Below are positions 19,359 to 27,563 of a stretch of DNA of 64,000 bases, in pieces. The stretch lies in assembly GCA_963700145.1 (NCBI GenBank), contig OY969474.1, positions 5,340,928 through 5,404,927 on the forward strand. The letters are read 5' to 3'. The first letter of the stretch is position 1. Every line of letters begins with the position of its first letter. Position numbers and translations under genes: made by a program. This DNA comes from an uncultured Acidobacteriota bacterium (GTDB lineage: Bacteria > Acidobacteriota > Thermoanaerobaculia > Multivoradales > UBA5704). Below the pieces are notes generated by a model. That model was not told the DNA's origin and made no database searches. It saw only the letters and a program-made list of their open reading frames with translations.

Positions 19359-20851
19359 CGCCTCGGAGCGCCCAGTCAGTAAAACCGAGACAGAAGCCGG
19401 TAGGGGGCACAGTGTCGAAGATTCTGAGTTTGTTGATGGGTTCATGCGTTGTTGCCGCGGCGGTCTTTCAGACCGCGTGTACAACTTCCGGCGGCGGCCC
19501 CGGCACCGTGACGTTGCCCGTCGATCCGACCTGCACCATCCTCGCTGTCAGTTCGCTCAAGAACAACACCATCGACACGGTGATGGAATCCAGGCGTTCC
19601 CTCACCAATTCTTCCGCGATCGGGGGCTTCACGCCATTCAGAAGTCTTAGCGGGCCGCGCAGCAATCCACCCGTCGCCGGTAACGTAAACGTCGATGTGT
19701 ATGGCATCAGCGAGGCGTGGTTCCGCCGTCCCAGCAACGCGACGGTGGTGCTCGCGCAGGCGCACGGCGCGCCGCGCCAGGGCGCGACGGATTCGCTCGC
19801 GAGCGCCTGGAGCATACGCGCACAGGATGCCGCGGGTAGCTGGAGTCCGGTGTTCGCCGGGGGCTCGGCCAACCGGGGCGACGAGATCGACGATTCCGCG
19901 GCCGGTGCCCTCACCGTGCCACAGCTCATGACCGTCGGAACGGCCAATCTGCAGATGTTCGCATGCGCCGGCTGGCGTACCCAGGACAACACGGGTCGCA
20001 GCACCTGGCTCATCGAGATAATCCCGCCCAATACCGCCGCAGGCTTGGGCGGGAGCGCCGCGCCGGTACAGGACGTGCTCTACGGCGACGATCGATTCGT
20101 GCCGAACGCGACAGGTGGCCCGCTGATCGGCCCGGCCAATCCACCTTCACCGCGTGTGAGCGGGCCGGGCGACCAGGCGCGCAATGGCCATGCGCAATGC
20201 GCCATGACGCAGCTGAACGACGATCTCACGACGCGCGAGCTGCACATGATGGTCGTGGATCGCGGACGCCTCTATCACAGCATGGCAAGTGGTTTCGGTC
20301 CTGCGCACGATGACAACGGTCTCGTCATCTCTAATCGGTTCAGCTCGATTTCGGGATGGGCGGATGTCAGCACCGCGCTCGGCGTCAACTTCGGCAACAT
20401 CGAAAGCGCCACGCTCGTTGCATCGCGCCCTACCGCCATCAGCATCATCTTCGAGGCAGAAAACGGCGGTCGCCATCGCCTCTGGCACACCGTCAGACTG
20501 TCGACGGGCGGCGGTTCGTGGCGGCCGGCGGATGACGTGACGACTGCCTCGGGCGCATCGCTCAACGGCCTCGTCGAGTCGTGGAACGTCGCGGCCGGGA
20601 TCTGTCCGTCTTTCGACAATTCGCCAAACGCGCCCGACGAGCTCGTCTACATCACCTGGAACAACTCCGGCACGTTTGTCGGACGCGTTGTGTCGACGCC
20701 GCGCACCTGGGCGCCCGGCATCACGGGCCTTTACTCCCCCCTTACCTCCATCCCCGGCATCCTCGTCTTTCCGAATAACCCCAATCGCCAGAACGTCGCC
20801 CAGAGCGTGCGGCTCTTCACCAGGCCCTTCCAGTGATGTCTCGCTGCGGCC
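19359..20851. mobile_element. insertion 1 (decayed island) carrying one cargo ORF, bracketed by repeat copies A and B
   Basis: Lower-GC segment between ...cactctcacgacg|gccggtag and cacgatccgtaacgcagcccagggcgccgcgcc (20852-20884). The latter sequence is otherwise found only at the cytochrome-c/MBL junction (25251-25283). No recombinase gene is present. Confidence 0.45.
19412..20836 (+). CDS. hypothetical secreted protein (about 474 aa)
   Basis: GTG at 19412 after AGGGGG; N-terminal signal (SKILSLLMGSCVVAAAVFQTAC). No recognised family. Internal recurrence of an L(Y/W)H..R...G.W-type segment (RLYHSMASGF..., RLWHTVRLSTGGGSW). Confidence 0.6.
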   Translation: MSKILSLLMGSCVVAAAVFQTACTTSGGGPGTVTLPVDPTCTILAVSSLKNNTIDTVMESRRSLTNSSAIGGFTPFRSLSGPRSNPPVAGNVNVDVYGISEAWFRRPSNATVVLAQAHGAPRQGATDSLASAWSIRAQDAAGSWSPVFAGGSANRGDEIDDSAAGALTVPQLMTVGTANLQMFACAGWRTQDNTGRSTWLIEIIPPNTAAGLGGSAAPVQDVLYGDDRFVPNATGGPLIGPANPPSPRVSGPGDQARNGHAQCAMTQLNDDLTTRELHMMVVDRGRLYHSMASGFGPAHDDNGLVISNRFSSISGWADVSTALGVNFGNIESATLVASRPTAISIIFEAENGGRHRLWHTVRLSTGGGSWRPADDVTTASGASLNGLVESWNVAAGICPSFDNSPNAPDELVYITWNNSGTFVGRVVSTPRTWAPGITGLYSPLTSIPGILVFPNNPNRQNVAQSVRLFTRPFQ

Positions 20852-20996
20852 CACGATCCGTAACGCAGCCCAGGGCGCCGCGCCGCTCGGCGGAATGGCA
20901 GGCGAGGCGGCCGAGCCCACCGGCGCCGCCGGCGAGGAGCACTCCCACTCCCACGCGGACCCGCCGGGCGCCGCGCCGCACCGACACGACGGCTGA
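20852..20996 (+). repeat. copy B of att-like repeat (native downstream sequence plus a second diverged cytochrome-c 3' end)
   Basis: 20852-20884 equals 25251-25283. 20889-20996 encodes GGMAGEAAEPTGAAGEEHSHSHADPPGAAPHRHDG*, a second allele of the cytochrome c tail. Confidence 0.75.
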
Positions 20997-21015
20997 TCCT
21001 TTCCGAGCGAAGAGA

Positions 21016-21336
21016 TCAGGCAGTAAGCCGCAAGACCTGGCCTGGCACGAGGGTGTCGATCAGCGGCCGCAGTTTGGCCAACACGGGCTGCACGTCCGCG
21101 TAATCGTTGGACTTTGCCAGGAGCACGACGACAGCAAGCTGCAAGTCCGCGATGCGCTGCTGATGAGGCAGGTGCCGGTCCGTGGTGACGAGCACGTCGA
21201 AGTGGGGCTCCGCGAGGCGGAGCAGCTCCCCGTTCTTCTTCCCCGCCCAGCGGATCTCCGCGACGGTTCGAACGTCATGACCGGGAAGCTCCTCCTTGAG
21301 ACGCCGCGGGAGCGACTCGTCAAGGAGTACGCGCAT
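21016..21336 (-). CDS. DUF5615 (Mut7-C/PIN-like) toxin
   Basis: 106 aa. MRVLLDESLPRRLKEELPGHDVRTVAE...VLVTTDRHL is the DUF5615 signature. It overlaps the stop of a DUF433 gene. Confidence 0.8.
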   Translation of the reverse strand: MRVLLDESLPRRLKEELPGHDVRTVAEIRWAGKKNGELLRLAEPHFDVLVTTDRHLPHQQRIADLQLAVVVLLAKSNDYADVQPVLAKLRPLIDTLVPGQVLRLTA

Positions 21337-21553
21337 TGGCGAGGACCGCCGCGCCGGCTTCTTCGAGGGCTGCCACAGCCTGCTCGCGAGTGACCGAGGG
21401 GAAGTCGTCCAGAAACTCCGCCAACGGATGTCCTGCCTCGAGATAGTCGAGTAGTGCCTGGAAGGGCACGCGAGTGCCGATGAAGACCGGCGTCCCGCTC
21501 ATGATTTCGGGGTCGCTGTGAACGACGGAGCTCGGCTTCCTGAGGGAGTTCAT
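21320..21553 (-). CDS. DUF433 antitoxin
   Basis: The internal ATG (MNSLRKPSS...) is preferred. SDPEIMSGTPVFIGTRVPFQALLDYLEAGHPLAEFLDDFPSVTREQAVAALE is the DUF433 signature. Confidence 0.8.
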   Translation of the reverse strand: MNSLRKPSSVVHSDPEIMSGTPVFIGTRVPFQALLDYLEAGHPLAEFLDDFPSVTREQAVAALEEAGAAVLANARTP

Positions 21554-21635
21554 CGCCGCTGATTCTACGCCCCATCGGCGGCAGGGCGAGTCGGGCACCA
21601 CCTCCAACCCGCACGCCGAACCGGGCGGCGAAGCA

Positions 21636-21797
21636 ACGAGCCGCCACCTCTCCTGGTCTCAACTCATCCGCAAGGTCTACGAGATCGACCCGCTGCTGTG
21701 CACCTTCTGCGGCGCCGCGATGCGCATCGTCGCCTTCATCGTCGAGCTTTCCTCGCTCCGTCGCATCCTCCAACACCTCGACGTCCGCTGCCAGCAG
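21636..21797 (+). pseudogene. C-terminal fragment of an IS91-family (Y2/HUH) transposase
   Basis: Hand translation gives ...SRHLSWSQLIRKVYEIDPLLCTFCGAAMRIVAFIVELSSLRRILQHL. This matches the characteristic IS91 C-terminal Zn-ribbon tail (W..L.rvf.iD.l.Cp.CgG.MriiAfi.....i.rIL.HL). No upstream catalytic part is present. Confidence 0.45.
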
Positions 21798-21908
21798 CCC
21801 GAGCCTCTCGCTCCCTCGCCTCCCGCCGGGGTCGGGCTCGTCTACGCTCCCGCCTGGTCGGGGCCCGGCCCGCCGAGGCGACAGGCCGGCCAAGCCAGGG
21901 GTGTGCGC

Positions 21909-22745
21909 TCAGCGCCTTCCCATCGGGTACGATCGTGACAGTGACACGGAGAGGCGGCTCTCCGCCAGCGCAAGCATGGCGCGAGCGCCGGAAGCCGGCG
22001 TCCCCCCGGGAGAGCATGACACCGCGGGAGGCGGGGTGCAGCTCTCCGCCACCAGGGTCACCTCGCCCGCGAAGGTCAGAGGTGAGAAGACCCGGCACTT
22101 GGTGCGCACCGGGGCTTCTCTGGCGACGGCGACGACCTGGCGCGTGGACTCCTCCCGGTCAGCGTTCTCCAGGCGGAAGAGACGCGCGAGCAGGGAGGGC
22201 TCCGGCGGCCTCTGGGGGCTCTTCACGACGAACTCGAAGCCTCTGGCGAAGTAGTCCTTCGCGTCCTCCAGACGGAGCTTCAGGATCTGCCGGACTTCCC
22301 CCTCTCCCCGCTCGAGTATGAGCACGTAGTGCTGGTCGGCCAGTCTGTCCCCCGCGCCCGCGGAAAGCCAGCGGTCGGTGAAGACCACGTTCCTCTTGTC
22401 GGACACGATTCGAATCCCGCCGTTGTACTCGATGGCCTGGAAAAGGCCGGTCCGGTAGATCAGGCATCCGTCGCGGGCCGTGTACCGAAGGGGGCCCAGC
22501 AGGTCCGCCCGGCGGCCGCGGAAGATCCGCAGGCGCAAGGCTTTCGCGCCCCCCGCATTCTTCAGATCCGTGGGGTTCAGATTCACCTTGAACAGGTCGC
22601 CGAGCCCGTACTCCTGGTACTGCGCGTCCAGGAACTTGATCGGCGGAATCGTGATGGCGGGCTCGGACTGCGCATACGCCAACCCTGCCGGGACGGCCCA
22701 GGCCAGCAGAGCCCAGGCCTTGATGAACGTGCGGCGGAACGTCAT
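21909..22745 (-). CDS. hypothetical secreted protein
   Basis: ATG at 22745 preceded by AGGAGA; signal peptide MTFRRTFIKAWALLAWAVPAGLAYAQ. The N-terminal extension in the track ORF (to 23243) is Arg/Pro-rich junk. The 3' end is uncertain. Confidence 0.55.
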   Translation of the reverse strand: MTFRRTFIKAWALLAWAVPAGLAYAQSEPAITIPPIKFLDAQYQEYGLGDLFKVNLNPTDLKNAGGAKALRLRIFRGRRADLLGPLRYTARDGCLIYRTGLFQAIEYNGGIRIVSDKRNVVFTDRWLSAGAGDRLADQHYVLILERGEGEVRQILKLRLEDAKDYFARGFEFVVKSPQRPPEPSLLARLFRLENADREESTRQVVAVAREAPVRTKCRVFSPLTFAGEVTLVAESCTPPPAVSCSPGGTPASGARAMLALAESRLSVSLSRSYPMGRR

Positions 22746-22783
22746 GACCGTCTCCTTTCGTCGGGCTGATGCCCCTCCCTGTT

Positions 22784-23845
22784 CTATGGAAACGAGCTGC
22801 TCGCGTCGGATTCCGGGGCGGCTTCGAGTCTCTTGTTGATGAAGAATGTGACCACGTCTTTCTCGCTCTCGATGCGCATCAGGCCGACGTCCTTCGCCGG
22901 GATGACCCAGATGTGGAGCTCGTTTTTCTCGAACACGACGAGCGCATCCGAAGACCTTTGGAGGAGGTAGCCGTGGACGGATTCCTCCTGCGGCTTGTGG
23001 CTCAGCACCACCTCGCCGACCCAGGTCGACCGCATCGACTTGCCATAGGAGTAGGGGAGCAGCAGGAGGTCGAGGGTCGCGAGCAGGACGAGGGCGCTCG
23101 CTCCGCGGCGCGCTGCCGCGCCTTGGCCTCGCTGCCGCTGGACGCGGCCGTACGCCCAGCTCGCGAGGGCCACCGTGAGGAAGAGGTTCAGGGCGAAGCG
23201 GTCCTTGAGCCGCTGCCGGTACGCATTCCGCGGGAGCGGGCACCGGATCAAGAGCTTTTGCAGGCTCTCCCGATAGTTCTCATCCGCGCGGGAGCAGACC
23301 TCGTCCAGCCAGGCTTGCTTCGCCAGCATGCCGAGCACGACCCGCCGACGAAGGTCGTCCGGAGGCTGCAGGCCATGGATGAGCATCCCGTGGAGGCTCA
23401 TGACGGGGAGGTCAAGCAGCCCGATCTCCAGCAGGAGCAAAGCCGGGAGGAGCCAGGGGAGCAGGGGCTTGGGGATCCGGGGCGAGAGCCGACTGCGCAG
23501 CTTGGACCCAATGCGGCGCCCGGGGCCGGTCAGCGCCAGCGCCGCCAGGACGATTACGGTCCCCGTGATCACGAGGTGGTCCGCCACGGCCGTGAAGCTG
23601 ATGAGCAGCAGGTCGACGAAGAACCGGCCCGCCTCAACGGACAGATGGAGGATCTCTCCCGACGTCCCCGCGTCGTAGCCGAGGCGAGCCTGGTAAGCGG
23701 TATCGACGAGAAAGCCGGTGGCGAGGAAGAGGCCCGAGATGCCGATGGAAGTGAGCAGCCACTTCAGAGCTGTGAGTAGCCGCAGCGGCACGACCTGAGC
23801 CTCGCCTGCCTTCCGGGCCTCACCTTCCTGTCGATCGACCTGCAT
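22784..23845 (-). CDS. hypothetical polytopic membrane protein
   Basis: 353 aa with several TM segments and a C-terminal soluble part. It is 38 bp upstream of the secreted-protein gene on the same strand, so probably an operon. No family recognised. Confidence 0.6.
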   Translation of the reverse strand: MQVDRQEGEARKAGEAQVVPLRLLTALKWLLTSIGISGLFLATGFLVDTAYQARLGYDAGTSGEILHLSVEAGRFFVDLLLISFTAVADHLVITGTVIVLAALALTGPGRRIGSKLRSRLSPRIPKPLLPWLLPALLLLEIGLLDLPVMSLHGMLIHGLQPPDDLRRRVVLGMLAKQAWLDEVCSRADENYRESLQKLLIRCPLPRNAYRQRLKDRFALNLFLTVALASWAYGRVQRQRGQGAAARRGASALVLLATLDLLLLPYSYGKSMRSTWVGEVVLSHKPQEESVHGYLLQRSSDALVVFEKNELHIWVIPAKDVGLMRIESEKDVVTFFINKRLEAAPESDASSSFP

Positions 23846-24862
23846 GCCGTCTCTCTCCTGGGAGGCCAGCGCAGTCGTGCTCTTTTCTGGATTGCAGAAA
23901 GTATAGCAGAGCTCAGGGCTGCTGCGGCTGCTTGAGTACCAACGGGCGTGAGGTGCCCCGGGAAAGTGCCTCGCGCCAGGCTAAGCCTGGGAAGGGAGGA
24001 AGGATGAAGTAAGAACCAGAAACCGTTCGTCGTGGACCCAGTAGGTCCGAATCCTAGCCGGCAAGGGTTGGCCACCCACGGAGAGCGCAGAGCGGTGCCG
24101 GGCGCCTCGTTGAAGGGAAGGCTTAAGGAGTGCCAGGAAGCGGTGCCAGGTGCCTGGAGAAAAGAAGAAGGGCGTCGGGGCCTACGAGCGCCTTCGTAGT
24201 CGATCTAGAAAGGTGAACGGACGACCGAAACCTCGATTGGGTCTTGCCAGCGTTCGAACTGCGTCGTTGACGACCCGCCACCGCCACCTCCCAGGCCCTT
24301 CATCAAGGTCTCCGGAAACACCTTGACCGTGGTCACCGCGACTTTCGAGTAGAAAGCAGTCAGTTGTTGGAGGGCTGACTATTGACTGTCACCCGCCGAC
24401 GAAGGGTAAGGCGGGCGGAAAACTTCCTGCGGGGAAAGGAGCAGCGCGGTCTCCGGCTCACAGCTTCTCGGCGGCTGAGCGGAACCCCAGGACGAACCAG
24501 GCATAGACGTCGTAAAGCGTCCGCCACATGATGTAGCTCGCCGCCAGAAACCATAGAAGACGGAAAATCTTCGGCGTTCTTGCAAATCCGTGCCAGGCTT
24601 GAGTTTGCGGGCGGGGTTTTGGCTCATTTCGGGTTCTAGAAGAGTTCTGTGACTCTGACCGCCCCGAGAGCGTTGGGCAACCTGAAGAAGCAGCGGCGTA
24701 CCCGCAGTGCGGTTCGGCAGGAAGACCGGCACTTCGTGAAGTGCCTGGGCAAGGACGAGCGATGAGAAAAGGAGGAGCGTCGGGGAGATGACGACATACT
24801 CCAGCGGAGGATCTACCTCATGAGAGGCCTCTCCGACCACCGAACGTCTTCCATTCAGCACG

Positions 24863-25012
24863 GTCGATGCCTCATCGACCTTGGTCGACGGGCCGTTTAC
24901 TTAAGTCGATCCTACATCGACTCGAGTCGATGAGCCGTTTACCTAAGTCGATCCTAAATCAACCGAGGTCAATGCGCCATGCACCCTCGAGTTGATGCCT
25001 CATCGATCGACC
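24863..25012. repeat. iteron-like array: seven GTCGAT-initiated units phased at 21 bp
   Basis: Unit starts at 24863, 24884, 24905, 24926, 24947 and 24968 (all exactly 21 bp apart) and at 24991. Palindromic units GTCGATnnnnCATCGAC alternate with GTCGAYGRGCCGTTTACYTAA units. Confidence 0.7.
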
Positions 25013-25186
25013 GCGGCTCAAGTGAATTCAATCAGCGTGCTCCAGTAGAGCTTGATGAGGTCCACACCCAGCTCCGCCTGTCGTTTGCCTTCGGCCCGCA
25101 TGTCCGCACGGTGGCGGTGTACGGTGTAGGACATCGCTTGCACGGCGACGGTGTACCCGATGCGACCGAGATGAATCGTCCGAGCC

Positions 25187-25283
25187 GGAGATCGGCGCCG
25201 GCGAGGAGCATACCCACACCCACCCCGAGGGGATGCCGCAGCACTCTCACGACGATCCGTAACGCAGCCCAGGGCGCCGCGCC
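25187..25283 (+). repeat. copy C of att-like repeat (third cytochrome-c tail allele plus native downstream sequence)
   Basis: Encodes ...EIGAGEEHTHTHPEGMPQHSHDDP* followed by taacgcagcccagggcgccgcgcc. It lies directly upstream of the MBL gene start. Confidence 0.7.
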
Positions 25284-25305
25284 CCATCGGATAGACTCCC
25301 CGCCC

Positions 25306-26178
25306 ATGCGGCTGGGCGATCTGGAGCTGACCGTGGTGGGGGACGGGGAGTTCGGGCTGGACGGCGGGGCGATGTTCGGGGTGGTGCCGAAGACGCTCTG
25401 GGAGAGGGTCAAGCCGCCGGACGCCAGGAACCGCATCCGCATGGCCACCAACTGTCTGCTGGTGGAGCGCGGGAGCGACCTGCTGCTCGTCGACAGCGGG
25501 ATCGGCGACAAGCACGACGCCAGGTTCCGCGCCAACTACGCGATGGACGAGACGGCCGAGCGGCTGCCGGACGCGATCTGGCGCGCCGGCCACGCGCCCG
25601 AGGACGTCACCCACGTCCTCCTCTCGCACCTCCACTTCGACCACTGCGGCTGGAACACCCGCTACGACGGCGGGACCCTCGTCCCCACCTTCCCGCGCGC
25701 CCGTTACTGGCTGGAGCGCGGCGAGGTGGAGCACGCGCGCGCGCCCAACGAGCGGGACCGCGCGAGCTACGACCCGCGCAACTGGGAGCCGCTGTTCGAA
25801 GCCGGCGTCGTCGAGCTCTTCGACGGCGAGGCCGAGCCGATGCCCGGCGTGCGCGCCGTCAAAGCGCCGGGACACAACGCCGACATGTGTATCGTGCTTT
25901 TGGACGGAGGAAGCAACGAGCGCGGCGTCTACTGGGCCGACCTCGTCCCCACCGCCGCCCACGTCCCGTATCCATGGATCATGGGCTACGACCTCTACCC
26001 CCTGACCACCCTGGAGACCAAGAAGCGGTGGCTGCCGCGCGCCGCCGCCGAGGGGTGGCTCTGCGTCTTCGAGCACGACGCCGAGACGCCGCTCGCGCGC
26101 CTGGTCGAGGAGAAGCCCGGGCGTTTCGCCGCGGCGGCCGTCGAGGAGATGGAATGCCTGACCAAGACTTCGACCTGA
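25306..26178 (+). CDS. MBL-fold metallo-hydrolase
   Basis: The ATG at 25306 (MRLGDLELTVVGDG) is preferred because the track N-terminal extension reads through repeats. HLHFDHCGW (HxHxDH) motif. Confidence 0.85.
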   Translation: MRLGDLELTVVGDGEFGLDGGAMFGVVPKTLWERVKPPDARNRIRMATNCLLVERGSDLLLVDSGIGDKHDARFRANYAMDETAERLPDAIWRAGHAPEDVTHVLLSHLHFDHCGWNTRYDGGTLVPTFPRARYWLERGEVEHARAPNERDRASYDPRNWEPLFEAGVVELFDGEAEPMPGVRAVKAPGHNADMCIVLLDGGSNERGVYWADLVPTAAHVPYPWIMGYDLYPLTTLETKKRWLPRAAAEGWLCVFEHDAETPLARLVEEKPGRFAAAAVEEMECLTKTST

Positions 26179-27548
26179 TCATCCTCGGCAGCGGCCCCGG
26201 GGGGTACGTCGCCGGCATCCGCGCCGGCCAGCTCGGCCTGAAGACCGCGCTGGTCGAGAAGGACCCGAAGCTGGGCGGCACCTGCACGCTGCGCGGCTGC
26301 ATCCCGACCAAGGCCCTCCTCCACACCGCGGCCGTGCTCGACGAGATCCGCGACGCCGGCGTCCACGGCATCCAGGTCCCCGCGCCGCAGCTCGACGTCG
26401 CCAAGGCGCAGGCGCGGAAGCGCTCGATCGTGGACAAGAACTCGAAGGGGATCGAGTTCCTGCTCAAGAAAAACAAGGTCACGGGCCTGCACGGCCGCGG
26501 CCGCCTCACCGGCCCCAACCAGGTCGAAGTGGACGGCCCGCAGGGAAAGAAGACCTACTCGGCGAAGAACATCCTCATCGCCACCGGCTCGGTGCCGCGC
26601 GACATCCCGATCGCCCCGGCAGACGGCCAGCGCATTTTGAACTCCGACCACGTTCTGGAGCTCGAGCGGGTGCCGCAGAGCCTGGCGGTCCTGGGCGCCG
26701 GCGCCGTCGGCACCGAGTTCGCCTCGATCTACGCCTCCTTCGGCGCCAAGGTGACGCTCGTCGAGATGCTGCCACGCATCCTGCCGATCGAGGACGAAGA
26801 GGTCTCGGCGGAGCTCGAGAAGGCGCTCAGGAAGCGCGGCATCGACGTCCTGACCGGGACGAAGCTCACCGCGGTGGAGCAGACCGAGGGCGGCGTCCGC
26901 CTCAGCCTGGAAGGCGGCAAGAAGCCGACCGTCGAGGCCGAGCTGCTGCTCGTCGCCATCGGCCGCCGGCCGGTGACCGAGGACCTCGGGCTCGAAGCCC
27001 TCGGCATCCAGCTCGACCGCGGCTACGTCCAAGTCAATGGGACCATGCAGACGGCGGCGCCGCACATCTATGCCATCGGCGACGTCGTCCCCACCCCGTG
27101 GCTCGCCCACGTCGCCTCGTCCGAGGGGATCCTGGCGGTCGAGCACATGGCCGGCCAGCCGGTGAAGCCCCTCAACTACGACCGCGTCCCCTCCTGCACC
27201 TACTGCGACCCGGAGGTGGGGAGCGTCGGCTTGACCGAGGCCAAGGCGCGCGAGCGCGGCTACGCGGTGCAGACCGGCAAGTTCCCCTTCTCGGCGCTCG
27301 GCAAGGCGCGCATCCTGGGGCGCAGCGAGGGGTTCGTGAAGGTGGTCCGCGAGACCAAGTACGACGAGCTGCTGGGGGTGCACATCGTCGGCGCCCACGC
27401 CACGGACCTGATCGCCGAGGCCTGCGTGGCGCTGCAGATGGAAGCCACCAACGAGGAGCTGTTCCGCACCATGCACGCCCACCCGACCCTCGCCGAGGGG
27501 GTGGCCGAGGCGGCCCACGCCGCCACCGGCCACGCGATCCACATCTAG
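26154..27548 (+). CDS. lpdA: dihydrolipoyl dehydrogenase (E3)
   Basis: MPDQDFDLIILGSGPGGYVAG (FAD GxGxxG), redox-active GGTCTLRGCIPTK, C-terminal HAHPTLAE signature. Confidence 0.9.
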   Translation: MPDQDFDLIILGSGPGGYVAGIRAGQLGLKTALVEKDPKLGGTCTLRGCIPTKALLHTAAVLDEIRDAGVHGIQVPAPQLDVAKAQARKRSIVDKNSKGIEFLLKKNKVTGLHGRGRLTGPNQVEVDGPQGKKTYSAKNILIATGSVPRDIPIAPADGQRILNSDHVLELERVPQSLAVLGAGAVGTEFASIYASFGAKVTLVEMLPRILPIEDEEVSAELEKALRKRGIDVLTGTKLTAVEQTEGGVRLSLEGGKKPTVEAELLLVAIGRRPVTEDLGLEALGIQLDRGYVQVNGTMQTAAPHIYAIGDVVPTPWLAHVASSEGILAVEHMAGQPVKPLNYDRVPSCTYCDPEVGSVGLTEAKARERGYAVQTGKFPFSALGKARILGRSEGFVKVVRETKYDELLGVHIVGAHATDLIAEACVALQMEATNEELFRTMHAHPTLAEGVAEAAHAATGHAIHI

Positions 27549-27563
27549 GCGGCCGCCGGCGCG

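Larger units (their letters stand above)
20997..25186. mobile_element. insertion 2 (decayed genomic island): TA pair, IS91-like stump, two orphan genes, gene debris, iteron-like array
   Basis: Lower-GC block between repeat copies B and C. It contains a transposase fragment but no intact recombinase. Confidence 0.45.

Noticed and set aside
24379-24861. The 160-aa minus-strand ORF, together with neighbouring fragments: a TM-like peptide KIFRLLWFLAASYIMWRTLYDVYAWFVLGF in another frame and a 55-codon open stretch at about 24200-24365.
   Set aside because: The plausible-looking segments lie in different frames with no start codons, and no family is recognisable. The region 23846-24862 was treated as gene debris rather than annotated.
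25018-25176. Possible LuxR/GerE-type HTH fragment on the minus strand (MSYTVHRHRADMRAEGKRQAELGVDLIKL).
   Set aside because: It is only about 50 residues, with a degenerate match to the S..TV..HR..I..KLG pattern, no start and no receiver or ligand domain. This is too weak to call as a feature; it is mentioned only as context for the adjacent iteron-like array.
19260-25283. Integron cassette array (attC sites) as the explanation for the repeated roughly 100-bp segments.
   Set aside because: There is no intI, no attI, and no R''/R' (RYYYAAC...GTTRRRY) inverted core structure that I could see. The repeats are direct copies of a coding 3' end, not imperfect palindromes.
24979-25305. N-terminal 109-codon extension of the MBL hydrolase ORF (track start 24979).
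   Set aside because: It reads through the iteron-like repeats and repeat copy C and has implausible composition. A clean start (MRLGDLELTVVGDG) exists at 25306.
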